Positions 36,775 through 50,382 of a stretch of 64,000 bases of DNA are shown here, piece after piece. Origin of the DNA: Leptogorgia sarmentosa (Eukaryota); contig OZ210885.1 of NCBI GenBank assembly GCA_964658305.1, positions 15,996,001-16,060,000 on the forward strand, in the 5' to 3' direction. The notes under the pieces are model-generated. The model saw only the letters and a program-made list of their open reading frames with translations, had not been told where the DNA came from and searched no databases. The translations under genes and the position numbers were made by a program. The stretch's first letter is position 1. Each line of letters starts with the position of its first letter.

Positions 36775-39700
36775 TTGTTTCGCTTTGTGGGAGATTTTAC
36801 AAACCTTTGCTGCATTGATAAGTTGAGAATGATAGCGAAATCCTCTATTTGTTCAAGAGCTTTGTCTGATCTGCACGATTTGTCAAAGACGAAAACATTT
36901 ACAGAGTTTGCCGATCTCGCCAGCGCATTAAAGAGTGTTTATCTGCCTTTGAAAGTGAGTCAAGTAGGCACATTGTCTTTTTCCGCATCCCGGGTTGACA
37001 CAATATCAGATAATTTGCTTCCAGAGCATTACAAACAAGATTACGCGAAACCAATTAAAACCACAGCAGATGGAAATTGCCTGTTTAATGCTGTTAGCTT
37101 GGCGTTGACCGGTTCAAAGAAGCTGAGCGCCGAACTTCGTGTGCGTACAGCAATTGAACTTGCTACTAATTTGGAATTTTATAAAAATCATCCAAATGTG
37201 GCCAAAGGCATCCCAAAAAGAACTGATAAAAACGAAATGAGAAGCATTTCTTCAGTATATTATGTTGTAATATTTGGAAATGTCGCTGCAAAAGTTTTCG
37301 AAACAATTGACTTCGGTGCTGCCATCCAGCAAGAGATTAAAACTACAGCACTTAATGGATCTTATTCTGGTTTGCTTCAGATAATGGGTCTTGCGACGGT
37401 GATAACGGGCGAAATTCATTTGATTTATCCGGACACAAAACATGAAATGCTCAGCCTTTTAAATGGCATATACTTGAGTAGAGAATGTACCGGAAATGGA
37501 GTACGTCCATTCACAACAATAATGTGGACAAATCTTACTGGTTGGCCTGATCGTTCCAAGTCTTTAAACGTAAATCATTTTGTTCCAGTTCTTAAGGTCT
37601 CTACCCCATGTTCATCACATAAAAACGCGGAACCAAGCAACTGGTTTTTTGTACATAAGAAACGAAAACATAAAACGGCGAAAAACAGTTCTAGTTTTAC
37701 ATGTGAAGGTAAACCTTCAAGTTACTCGCAAATAAAACCGCATGAAGAAAAAGGTTCTCAGAACAGAGCTTCACCAAGTCTAACACCTATGAAAAGGCAT
37801 AAGCAGGTTACGGAAGATTCAAATAACAAAAAAGGAATTAGAAAAAAATTCAAGCCGCAAATGCCGTTTCTCAGCCAGAAATGGTTCGAAACAAGAGTTG
37901 AGAACAATCCAAAGAGTAGAAAAATTAATAACAAATCAAGCAATTTATGTCCGACGATGACTCTTTTGTCAGAAAGATTTTATCGTTCAGTCAGCAATAA
38001 TATATCTGACACCGCGGTTGGCCCACTCAATACCCATTCAAAACAAACTACTAAAGCCTGCAGAGGGGAAGGGTATGACATACATGATAAAAGGAACAAC
38101 ACAGCGCACCGGAGCAACTCAGACAATAGATCATCTAACGTAAATTACCAAGATTGTAGTAAAAATGAGCACGAGGACAGAAGATCTAGAATGTTTCGAT
38201 TTAGTTTTTCCTTATTGCCCGAGCAATGGTTCGTACAAAGAGGGAAGCTAATTAGCTCAAGTGAAAAGAATACTTGTGAACATTGCGATTCCACTGCAAA
38301 TATCACTGCAACAGATTCTCACCATACTTTAGAAAACCATGGACTAACGGAAAAATCTGTGTATCAATTGGAATTTGAACAAAGTATGCCTTTATTGACC
38401 AGTAAGTGGTTTATCAGAAGGGGACGTTTGGCTAGTAAAAACAGATCACGCACAAGGCAATCACAAACTTTTGACAAAAGGGTAAATGAGAAAAACAGAG
38501 TTATCGGCGTTAAAAGAGGTGAAAAACACATAGAAGGTACCATTGAGGATAATGCTAAGGTACTAGAACAGCAAATTGAGAATGAAACGAATCAGGATAA
38601 ACGTGCGGAGTTGTATGCAATAAAGGCAGTAGCAATGTTTTTAATGGAGTATGGACCAATCATTTCGACGCAACTCGCTGGAAAAGTTCACAGAGACTCA
38701 AAAAATGAATTTCTCAATAATTTGGAAACCAAATCAAAAAAACGCACCTCTAGTAGTCTATTTTTCAAATTTTCACGACATCTTGATATTCAACAGATCT
38801 ACATACAAGGAAAAGCCTATATTGTCGAGAATCGTGTAAAAAATGTGGAACATCTTGTAAAGTGTTTGAAGGATATGATGCCATCAAACAACATTGTCGT
38901 AAACAATCACTTGCAGGAAAAGTTAGAAGATGTTTTTCAAGACTCGTTGCGCTTACTGGATACAAAGCGAGATCGCGATATTCTCAAAGGCATTTTTGCG
39001 AATGCCACAAGTATTAAATTTACGGCCAAACTTCAGGGAGTAAAGAACAGGACAGCGATTGCAAACTGCAGAGCTGAACTACGTGAAAACATTGAAAAAT
39101 TCCGCAACATTGAACGAACTTCATTGGTGGTCAGTAATGCCATGACAAACGAGCAACAGCGACTTTTTACCAGGAGAGTAATTCAAAAAAGAAAACAAAA
39201 AGAATTTAAGTGCAAATTAGATTCAAGGGGAAGAATGCTTAAATGTGAGCAATGGAAAGAACTTGCGAATTGCCTCGAATATTTTTCTGATAACCAAGAC
39301 GTAACTGAGCGTGCAGGGGAGGGATTAGAAACGCATCCTAGGCTCAAGAACGAAATTCGTTTTCGAAGTAAAGACAATAACACTTTTATGCGACAAGCCT
39401 GTCATATCATTAATAACATCTCACCTCCATCCTTCAATATTTCGTTGTCGTCTTGTTATAATTACACAATGACATATAAAGAGAATTCTGCCGCTGCAAG
39501 AAGACACCACCACGGTATGGGTGTAAATGCCAAACTGTCGCTTCGTCGTCCTTCGCACACCAAGGTGGACAAGTTGGTCATAAATCTTCACTATAGTTCC
39601 GCTAACGTTAATTATTTATGTGACTATGCCGCCAAGTTTTCTGAAAACGTGCTGGTCGATTCCAAAGACGCCAAGAAAATCGTATGTGGCGATATCACGC

Positions 39701-41822
39701 CAGTCCAAAAACCAGGTAGAATGTGGAAAGTTGTGGAATATCCTGACCATGACTGGAATCAGAGTCGTACAAACGCCGTGACACCAATGACTCACTTATT
39801 TCTACGAACAGACATCATTCATCAGGAATCTCAAATAAGCCGACTGCTAATGAAGACATACTATCACCCATTTCAGATACAGTCCTACATATAACAAGAA
39901 CAGGCACATCTGTGACACTTATTAACCCATCATTACTAGAACCTGAGACAACATTCAGGCTTTTTCATGAAGTGTTTTTATTATTAACAAAACCATCGCT
40001 GGATAAATTCTTTCGAAATCCAAATACTGGGAACTTGAAAAGCGAATTTATATTTGTAGTAGATAATGGACCCGCTGAGGATCCGTCTAGTCCTCTGGTT
40101 CAGATGCTAATGGCCAGAATGCTTAAATTCTTAAAACTTGACAAAGTGATCCAAGTTTCGTTCGCTGAATATCACAGCAAGCGTAATTTTGTCGAAAGAG
40201 TCCACGCCGTGGAAGACAAATTGCTTGCTCGCCACGGACCATTTTCATCACATGCCATTCATAGTAATATTAATATTACTCCAGGTTCGCAAGAACATGT
40301 AGAAAATATGGAAAATATGAGTGAAGCCGTTATAAATTGTTTGAAGCAAGGGCGATATGACGGCCAACCATTAAATGTGTTTCGAGGAGTAACGAATTCC
40401 TCATTTATTTTTAATGATGGGGCGAATTTAAAGACTTTTTTGTCCTGCTCAGAAGAGATAAAAGAAACAGGTGAATGGACATACAACGTTAATAAAGATT
40501 CGCTTTTGTTAAAAGACCTGTCAGTTATATGGAATGTCGACGAAAATTTCGAAGGAGATTATTTTCAGGACTATCAACTTTTGAACAATTCATTGCCACA
40601 AACTGATCACAGGACGGCGTGGGTGGACAAATACATTACAGCACTATACAGAGTAAATGACGAGTTATCTCATGAGGAATTGAAAAGGTATGAATTACAG
40701 GCAATTCCAGATTATATACGCTGGTTAGAAAGTGAAGGAGAACTACACTACCTATCGAACGAACAGCTAGAGAAAGATAATGATATGGATTGGACAATGA
40801 AACCAGGACTTTTTAGACCTGACCGACTACTTAGTCTATTGTTCACTCTCAACTCACATCCGCTTGACGACATGTACAAGCACTTTTCCTTTTTAGCGTG
40901 GCTACCAGAATCAAAAACACGTGAATATTTTAATGAAAAGCGAACATCAATGCAACAAGAGCTACATGAGGACATTGCTAGAGAGAAGTGGAGACAGCAC
41001 CCTTTCTACACAAAAAAAGTAGAGGAATTAGTGACACTTTGCAAAAGGAAAGGAATATCTACCAAGGGTAAGAAGTGGGAACTGGTTGAACGCCTGGTAC
41101 AAGAAAGGGAAGGAAATATCCCTGAAGATTACTCTCCTGACTATGATGGAGATCTAAGCACGGTTCCAAACACAGTAACTGAATTACGTAAGTACCCTGT
41201 TGCAAGATTGCGCTATATTCTAAACTACCATGGAATTCACACATGCGGCACAAAAGAAGAAATTATACTACGGTTACTTCTTGTGCGTCAGAATCGTTAT
41301 TATCTGTGTTTTAAAGGAGAAGAGGAAGAAATAATGAGCACTATTTCTTTAGCAGAGAGCGTTATTGTTAGACAGAAAAGGCAACGAATACTTCAATTCC
41401 AGTATGTGAGAAAAAGAAGAACTTACACAAAGAAAAACTGCAACAACTTCCTTAATGTTCCCCAACATATCACCTTTCAAACCCTTCAAAATTCGTTTGA
41501 GGAACTCAAGGAATATATCAAAAATTTAAAGAGCATACGTTGTCAGAAAGGGAATGAGTTAAATTTCAACTTTAACCAACCATGTGGCAATCAAACAGAC
41601 AACTATGAAGATTACTTTTCTATTGGAATGAAAATTAAAGTAAAATGGAACAGGGAGGAGTTGGGAGACAGTGGCTGGACACAAGGCTGGTACTCTGCCC
41701 AAGTTCAAGAAGGGCATATTGAAGATGACACTATTAAAATTGTTTACTTTTCTGAACCTAAATGTGTATATACCCTTTCTGTTACAGACTATCTGGCATT
41801 GGGGAAGTTAAAGTTTGCTTGA
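36775..41822 (+). CDS. Vertnin-like OTU + Zator-like DDE transposase + 2 SAP + Tudor-like fusion; one frameshift near 39835-39900
   Basis: OTU: TADGNCLFNAVS..ELRVRT..IYP..IMWT..NHFVP. Transposase: SKDAKK, PDHDW, VVDNGPAEDP, SKRNFVERVH. SAP: VEELVTLCKRKGISTKGKKWELVERL and VARLRYILNYHGIHTCGTKEEIILRL. Tudor-like: IGMKIKVKW..GWYSAQV..IKIVY. Confidence 0.8.
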
Positions 41823-42119
41823 TTAACATACATGTACATACATGTGGAATCAAAATAATATTTAATATTTTTCATAGATCCCATTTTGTTATTTTGATCA
41901 ATGTGATCAATGTGTGTCGTTATTACAGCATTAACCAATAGGCATCCACACACCCCTGTAAATGGTTACATTTGCAGTTTTCCACCCCCACCCACTGGAA
42001 TTTCCATGTCAGGTCTTTTACCCCACCCCCTGGAATTTCCAGCACTAAATACAAGAGACACCCCCCAAATTTTCCAAGGTCCTCAACAGGGGGGGGACGG
42101 ATAATAAATGCAGTATGCC

Positions 42120-43015
42120 ATTATGGGCGTTATAGGCGTTATGTGCGTTATATGCGTTATAGACGTTAATGGGCGTTATAGGCGTTATGGGCGTTATAGG
42201 CGTTATGGGCGTTATAGACGTTATGTGCGTTATAGGCGCTATAGGCGTTATAGGCGTTATATGCGTTATGGACGTTATAGGCGTTATGCACGTTATAGCT
42301 GTTATGGGCGTTATAGACGTTATGTGCGTTATAGGCGTTATGTGCGTTATAGGCGTTATGTGCGTTATAGGCGTTATGTGCGTTATAGGCGTTATAGCTG
42401 TGATGGGCGTTATAGACGTTTTGTGGGCGTTATAGGCGTTATGTACGTTATAGGCGTTTATAGACGTTATAGGCGTTATGGGCGTTATAGACGTTATAGG
42501 CGTTATAGGCGTTATGGATGTTATAGGCGTTATATGCGTTATGGACGTTATAGGCGTTATGCACGTTATAGCTGTTATGGGCGTTATAGACGTTATGTGC
42601 GTTATAGGCGTTATGTGCGTTATAGGCGTTATGTGCGTTATAGGCGTTATGTGCGTTATAGCTGTGATGGGCGTTATAGACGTTTTGTGGGCGTTATAGG
42701 CGTTATGTACGTTATAGGCGTTTATAGACGTTATAGGCGTTATGGGCGTTATAGACGTTATAGGCGTTATAGGCGTTATGGATGTTATAGGCGTTATATG
42801 CGTTATGGACGTTATAGACGTTATGTGCGTTATAGGCGTTATGGGCGTTATATGCGTTATGGACGTTATAGACGTTATGTGCGTTATAGGCGTTATGGGC
42901 GTTATATGCGTTATGGACGTTATAGACGTTATGTGCGTTATAGGCGTTATATGCGTTATGGACGTTATAGACATTATGTGCGTTATAGGCGTTATGGACG
43001 TTATAGACGTTATAC
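42120..43015. repeat. 9-bp tandem repeat, right part (~100 copies, with a higher-order duplication)
   Basis: Units RCGTTATRK. A block of roughly 260 bp recurs (distinctive GCTGTGATGGG...TTTTGTGGG near 42397 and 42661). A remnant is at ~43640-43725. Confidence 0.97.
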
Positions 43016-44257
43016 GGGACTCGAGGTGGTTTTTATCTGTTCAATAACTTCCGGTTGGTTTTGTGACCATTCTTCTTCGAAGGTTGTTTGTGGTTTGGAT
43101 AAACTGTCATGCTTGAAGGCAAAAGGATGATACTCAAGGGCTGGATTTTGATTTTCGTGTAAGTACATGTTATGTTGGTTCTTGTCAAGTACTGATGTTC
43201 ACTTCATTAATTTGAAGTTATTATTGAAAATCACGGTTTATAAACATGACTGTGTCGCTATGCGTGTGCACTAATTATTTTGCAAAATGCTTACTACGTA
43301 TATCGCGGTATTTGAATGCATACGTAGTCAGGCTGTTTTTGGTACCTGTTCTAACTAAAATAGTTCACAGCTAAACGCAGCGTGTTATTACCAACCTGTT
43401 TAGACCGCACGTGGTCTAATGCAATGTGACAAACGCAATGTGAAAAACGCGGTATTGTTATATATTTTTAGATGATTTGATGTGTGAGAAGGTCAAACAA
43501 ATTGTATAGGGACTTTCGAAACATAATTTGTACCTTTGTTTTCCCAATCTTTCCATTACATCTACATGGATCTCAACCTCCAGATCGTTACCCATGCATG
43601 ATTTTGTTGGGTGTTTGCATAAATTATAGGCTGAGAACATTATGGGCGTTATTTAGGCGTTATAGGCGCTATAGTCGATACTATATATACTGGCGTTATA
43701 ACGTTGAGAGCGTTATATGCGTGACGTACATATGATTGGTTACCAGAATGATAGCGTTTATTATTACTATAAGAAATAACACTACTCGAGAATCATTAAT
43801 GAAAGATACATACATACATACATACATCGTCTTTATTTAATCACGTCTGTTTGGCGGAACTGATATATGTAGTCTAAAGCATGCCGTGTTATTATCAATA
43901 TTCGCTATACATTCACAAGTGTTATTTTTCTTCAAATATCTAGTACAAAGTTTTGTTTCCTTTTAATATCATTTCATATAAGTTTTTGAGTTTCGGTTCG
44001 GTAAAATTTGAAAGGTTTCAACTTTCAAAATTTTTTTGCGACGTAAGTTTAAATAGCGTTTAGCGTCGCATGAAAAAGTATACTTTAATTAGATAAGGTA
44101 TTCAGGAGAAATAGGAGGCATTAATGCCCTATCACATAAGTGCGCGAGTGGTGCTGCGTATATGTATATTCTAGTTTTGCTGTTAAATGGAAGGTATGTC
44201 ATAAACGGTATGCCATTCTCAAAAAACAGGAATTGATTTTTCTGTTGCAGTTGTTTT

Positions 44258-47200
44258 GTGCTGTTCTTTGGAGAAACCACACACGCAATCAGATTAGGGG
44301 AAAGAATGAAGAGAGTACTGGCAGAAGCTACTGATGAATACGAAAAGAGGCTAACAGTGTTACGTGAAGGAAATATAGTGGACCTTGGACCAAGTACTGT
44401 CACGCATCACAGACAATGTATCCATGATGTTCGAGAGGTTACCGGGGATCACTACGTTAGTTATCTGTACATATTATGGGACCCACTTAGCCAGTACGAA
44501 TCAGTTTTTAAAGCTAAAAAAATGTATTGCCCTTTATGCTCAGCTGATGGTTTTGATTGCAATGATCTCAGTCGTTTTGGTGAATGGAAAAACGGAAGGT
44601 TAGAAAGATTGAACCCAAGGGTCCTTTTTGGTACTCACAGGTGCAAATTATTGGTCAGTTGCGTATACAGGTGCAGACGTGGTCACGATGTTCCAGCAAG
44701 CCATGCAGATATTCTGGACAGATTGAGCGCAAATGCAATAAACGTCCCTTTCTTCTTGACCCACAGAAGCGGTTTCATGCACAATTTGGTTATCCTAATC
44801 GAAGACCTGATTGACTCCGGGTTAAGTTTCGAGCAAGTAGAAAATCTAATTAAAAGGCAATACAAAAGTACGTATGACCAATTTGCCAAAAACTTTTGGC
44901 ATGATATGGAGCTTTCTAAGCAAACTTCAGTCACAATACACGATGGAAATGAAGTTTCTTTCCCATCATGGGACGATGCAACGTTTCCCTTTCCGAGAAA
45001 TGACATTCTCATAGACATCTTTTTGAAACGGTTCTTCCGAGATGAGCAAATCTATATAAATGCTATGAGCAGTTTGAGTGCCGAAATGATATCATGTGAT
45101 CATACCTTTAAAAGCGCTTGCAACATCGGATACAAACGGGCTACAGATGGGTCTTGGATCAATCAATATAACTCGATTTTTTGCATTCTTAATGAACATG
45201 GACAAATTATCAACTGGCAATTTACCAAGTCTGAAGGGTTTAATGAAGTTAAAGACATGTTTTTGGACATCAAGAAACGCTCTGGAGAAAAAGTATTGAA
45301 ATATATTTGTATTGACAATTGTTGCAAGTGGAGCTCGCTATTGAAGCTTATTTTCCCAAACACCGAGGTGAAACAGGACCTATTTCATGTAGTTCAGAGG
45401 TTCGTAACAACATTGAAAAAACGAAATCCAATCCATCGCAATATAGCGTCTGATTTTGGAAAGGTTTTTTGTGACCCCCGTGATTTGGGTGACAATCGGA
45501 AAATGCCAACACTTTGCAAGGAAGTACTCTTGTCGAATTTACAATTATTTCTAGACAAATGGAGCAGTTGGCAGTGTGATGAAGTCAAACTTCTTAATTC
45601 TGAACGTTTGGCGACCATTTCCAATATTCGTGGACATATTCAGAAGGGTTGCCTTAGCGAGATACCAGCAGGATTTTCAACATCAGTTAATGAGCGCCTT
45701 CACAAGGAGATGAAAAAGTTGCTTTGCAAAAATCGGATGGGTACACAGTTAGCGTATGCAAAATTTTCACGCTTTTTTTTCAAGCATAACCAGAACCGTG
45801 CGGCATATGATTCAGTTATTTCCCTGTCTGCGAAGGCTCACAAAGAAGCTTTTCATGGAGCCAGAAATGATATAAAGCAATTATCTGTCAGTTTTGGTAT
45901 CAGAAAAAAAGACAGAGAAGTCGCTGGAATACCGCAGCTGGTTGCAGACCAACAGTGTAAAACCCAATTTACTTTGGATGAGTTGACGCCCTTAGTACTG
46001 GATGATATATCTAAAGTTATCCAGAAAGCCAAAGATCCGCACGAAGAATCTCATGTATCAAGATTACTTCAGGATCACATGTATTCAATCAACACATGGA
46101 ACACAAGGCCATGCGTTCATGTTTTACTGTATTCCTTATCAATTTTTAGAATTATTTTGCTTATGAAGGATATGTGGTCCTCTAAAGAAGAAAATGTGAT
46201 GAAGATCCCTTTTTTGTTCCAAAATAGCTTAAATGCAACTAATGCAAGACCTACGAGTTTGCCCACAAATATGACCAGCAACCACGAGATATCTAATTCT
46301 ATTGCGAACAACATCAGCAGAGAAAGTCTTAATAACATCGCCAATTCGTTTGGATTTCGTATATTACCGGTAACAGGCGACGGGAATTGCTTCTTTAAGG
46401 CTGTAGCATTTCAGTTGCTTCAAATTCTTGGTTTACCGTCGTGTCACGACAATATTGTGAACCATATTAATGCACTTGTTATATCGGGGGAAACATGTGC
46501 GGAGGAGCTTTCAATACTATTACGACATCTAACGGTTAATGAAATTCAGAGAAACTCAGAACAATACCATGTGTTTTTTGAAGACATTGATATTCTTTCC
46601 GAATGTGAACGGTTTCGTAACAGTGGAGAATTTGCCGGGCAATTAGGTGACACAATACCTCTAGCAATGATGAACGTCCTTCAGATCCCAATTGTTGTTT
46701 TGACCGCCGTGCACAATATGCCTTTTCTATCATTGGCTCCTCGTGTGAATGTCGACCATGACATGGTGATCTACCTATCTTATATTCAGGAGGGCCCTGG
46801 GCATTACGATGCGCTGGTCACATCTGAAAACTCAGCAGAAACCACACTGCAAGAACTGTCTGACTTGGCAAAAGGTATTTAAATGAACATTGATATATAC
46901 TGTAATTATATAGGTGCCTGAAAGACTCGAACAGGCATATGGGTGACCGTGAAGTTAACTTAGGTTTGCTAATATGTCCTAAATAATTATTGAAAAAAAA
47001 AAAATTTTAACTGACTTAATTGCTACTCGATTATACTAAATTAGCTCATGATTTTGCAATTTTAGAATAACTAGCTTATTACCCTTAATTGACCTCGCTT
47101 GTCATATGGCAACCTGTCTAACGCCAGATGATTCTACTCGTCAAGCAGTGACTTCCCACCTGACCTATAAAGGGATAAATGAAATGAACATCCCTTATGC

Positions 47201-47713
47201 GCTCAATGCTAATTTAACTTCTATGACTTGTGTAGAAAATGTCGAATGTCCTAAACGTGGGATTGGATGTCGCTGTGGCCTTAATGCACGACGAAAAGGA
47301 GCATCATCATCCAAAAGAGTATATAAAAGTTCAAAAAGATGCAGGTGTATGAAGGTGGGAGTGTCTTGCAGTAAATTGTGTAATTGTGACGGTAAATGTG
47401 GAGGAAAAAACTGTGGTGGGTCTCAAAAAGACACCAAAAGCAAACGAGTAAGAAAGCGAACTCTTCACGCGATTCAAAAGACAACAACGGAAAATTGAAT
47501 ATACTTGAATATGTTGTCATTTGTGCAATTATGTTGATTTCAGAAGCAGTTGATGGTAACAAAGTAACCATTACGGACATAAAAAAGTTATACGACAAAA
47601 TAATTAGTTTTATTGAAGTGCAGAACATACCGTTGCCACTCATTAGAAGATCACAAAATATGTTGGCAAGTGGGTTTAAAAAGGCTTGTAATGTAAGGAA
47701 GACTATAGGGTAA
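44258..47713 (+). CDS. DxxH-type DDE transposase-like + OTU + CXC fusion (copy B), largely intact
   Basis: 874-aa ORF with ILWDPLSQY, CPLC..YRCRRGH, SCDHTFK, LNEHGQII, CIDNCC, QDLFHVVQR, STSVNERLH and OTU TGDGNCFF..GPGHYDA. A predicted intron (46875-47235) leads in frame to CRCG..CRC..C..CNC..C (CXC-like). Frameshift near 47490. The true 5' exon is unresolved. Confidence 0.82.
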
Positions 47714-48489
47714 GATATATATATATATATATATATATAAAACACAAGTACTAGTCTACAGAGTGTATCAAAAATGTGCCAGTTGTGTTCTGTGCTAAAT
47801 ATTTACCGAATCCCTTACTATAATTAGATCTTTTCTGTGGGTGTCATGAGAACGAATATTTTACCTTGCTTATTTTGGAAATAGTACAGCTCACTATAAC
47901 TAACAGAACAGAATTAAGGATTCTGCATGTGGTTCTACATTATTAACTAATTTTAAATTTGAATCCTCCAGTTATTAAAAAATGCTCTTTGTTAAAAGCA
48001 TTTAAAAGGTATCTCTAATTACAAAGCTGAAATAACCAACCAGTTACCAGCTGGTTAGTTCTAGCTAGCTACACATTTGATGCACTCTGTATAATAAGAA
48101 TTTTGGATGATGTTCAGTTTGTTCATGCTTTATACAAATCACACATTGCGTGTATTGTTAGTTCATTTTATAGTTATATATTAATTATGGACTGTTGGCT
48201 GTTGAACTGATGTTTAACAGTACAAATCTGTGAACTAGTAACACAACTTGAAAGTTGAAGCTTACGTCTTTAAAGGGAATTAAAATTTATCTTATTTTCT
48301 TTTGGCGTTTTCTTTTATTCCCAACAGTTTCATTTTTTGAAAGTGAGTCGTGGAGCGCAGCCACTGCCCTTTTACTTCTTTGGTCCTTTCCTCTTTGGCT
48401 GTTTCCATGATTGCCGTGTGGGGTACAGTCTTTAAAACCACTATTAATGGCATCTGGCTGGTGTGTTGAACAAGTGGGCTCGTCCACTG

Positions 48490-48895
48490 GTTGTGGGTGA
48501 ACCGACGGCTGCTGGTTTGGATCACCACCAATAAAATGCTCATCTGTTGTTGTGCGTGAATCAACGGCTGCTGGTTTGGATCACCACCAATAGAATGCTC
48601 ATCTGGTTGTTGTGCGTGAATTAACGGCTGCTGGTTTGGATCGCCACCAATAGAATGCTCATCTGGTTGTTGTGGGTGAATCAATGGCTGCTGGTTTGGA
48701 TTGCCACCAATAGAATGCTCATCTGGTTGTTGTGGGTGAATCAACGGCTGCTGGTTTGGATCACCACCAATAGAATGCTCATCTGGTTGTTGTGGGTGAA
48801 TCAACGGCTGCTGGTTTGGATCACCACCAATAGAATGCTCATCTGGTTGTTGTGGGTGAATCAACGGCTGCTGGTTTGGATTGCCACCAATAGAC
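48490..48895 (-). repeat. 60-bp coding tandem repeat (~6.5 copies; QQPLIHPQQPDEHSIGGDPN)
   Basis: Directly visible 60-bp period within ORF 48292-49032. Confidence 0.95.
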
Positions 48896-50228
48896 TGTTT
48901 GTTGGAAACGTTTGGCTGTTGGTTATTCAACTGCTGGCCAGATGCATTGGCAATATGTTGCTCATTTACTTGTTGTGAACTAACCGGCTGCTGGCCACAT
49001 GGATTAGCAGCGGGTTGCTCATGGTCACTCAATGTTTCCTCTACCTCATCGACAATTGCTTCAATTGCTGGGATTACTTAATAATGAAAACATATAATAT
49101 TAATTGAAATTTCTTGTAATTAAAATATTTCTTACCACCCTTCGTGTTGGCCGCTATTTCCTGCTGGGGTGGGGGCAAAACACATTTGGTACCCTCCCCC
49201 TCACCTGCTACGAAAACATTTTCACGAATTGTTTTCTGAATATTGAAAAGTACTAAAAAGTATTAACTCCTGTCATTTTGGATTTTAATAAATAAGAAAC
49301 TGTGATCCATCTAAAATTTCATTTTGGAAATTTAAATTCCATAGATCGTCAGAAATTGCATTAAATTGAGACATCTATTGCCTTTAGAACACAGAAAGGG
49401 GCTGTCTGAAACATATAATGATGTCACCGGGCCATGGCCCCCTGCCAGCACGCCACTGACACTGACTATTAAATTTATACTTACTGATTTGTAGTGACTT
49501 TAAGATGTCTTTTGGGAAGGCAGCAGTATGTATTATTGTGCACCTAAACCCTTTTGCTGGGCCATCTTTCTGTGGAAACTCTCTAGTACTGGACACTTTG
49601 CACAGCTGTGGGAATTTAGCCAGTTTTTGAAACAATTGTGCCTTGGATAAAGTGACGTTTTCCAAGCTTGCCCATTTGATTGCCAGAGCCTCTTTGTTTT
49701 CTAGCGAGGTTTTTCTAACTAAATAGCCAACCTGAAATGAAAATACAAAAAGCAGTTCAATTAAAACTTAAAGGGAGATGGCAAGAAAATGGTTTAAGTT
49801 GATTTGAATATTACTGAATCAGAATTAGTGAATACTTTGAAGGAATTACTATATTGTATTCTGATGGCCTAACCATATGACACACTGCCTAAGAGGCTAG
49901 TGTCTTCATCAGGGGTGAACTGAGATTACAAGGTTCCTTTTATATACAGCCAGTAGGGTGATGTCATCACCTAAATGCTACGTAGTAGGCCACAAATAGG
50001 CTTTTCCATGCAGCTAATAGCCTCTCCTGGAATCTCCAGCTAGCTACTACTAGCCCCTTAGATGATAACACTTATCACCCTGTCTTTATGAAAACTGGGA
50101 CCCTGATGCCATTTTACCCTTTTATGTGATATAAAAAGCTGTTCCTCTTTTGGACAATTAAAATTTGAGTTGTAATATTTGCATTATTAACCTGCACTGT
50201 TCAAGTCTGGGATTTACTATGATAGCTT

Positions 50229-50382
50229 CAGCGGCGTAGCCGAGCCAGCCCGACAATTTGTTCATGCTATGCAAATTTCAAACGATTACCATTATAATTC
50301 ATTTCATTAGAAATTTATTGTTTTTACGGTCTGTGAACATAGAAAAATTTGCATATCATGACCAAATTGTCGGGCTGGCTAC
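50229..50382. mobile_element. Palindromic MITE in an intron
   Basis: GCCAGCCCGACAATTTG..TGCAAATTT versus AAATTTGCA..CAAATTGTCGGGCTGGC. Confidence 0.7.

Larger units (their letters stand above)
32780..42119. mobile_element. Zator/TP36-like DNA transposon, 9,340 bp, with cargo genes
   Basis: GG...CC ends, 41-bp TIRs (35/41 identical, GGCATAyTGCATTT...CCCCTGTTGAGGAC), 3-bp TSD ATT (32777-32779 and 42120-42122), GGAATT(T)CC-rich subterminal repeats at both ends, and a Zator-like transposase inside. Confidence 0.88.

Noticed and set aside
36775..41822. Zator-like transposase as the enzyme of the 20.8-kb element
   Set aside because: It lies within its own TIRs and ATT TSD (32780-42119), so it is a later nested insertion.
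42045..43130. Long ORFs such as (ITP/ITH)n, (YRR)n and (VIG/VMC)n, and similar ORFs near 32503-32988
   Set aside because: These are artefacts of a 9-bp repeat that is stop-free in several frames on both strands. There is no evidence of coding function.
47757..47780. TACAGAGTGTATCAAAAA as an alternative internal end of the large element
   Set aside because: It resembles the MITE ends, but no partner inverted copy was found. The LINE-restoring junctions fix the ends at 31888 and 52648.
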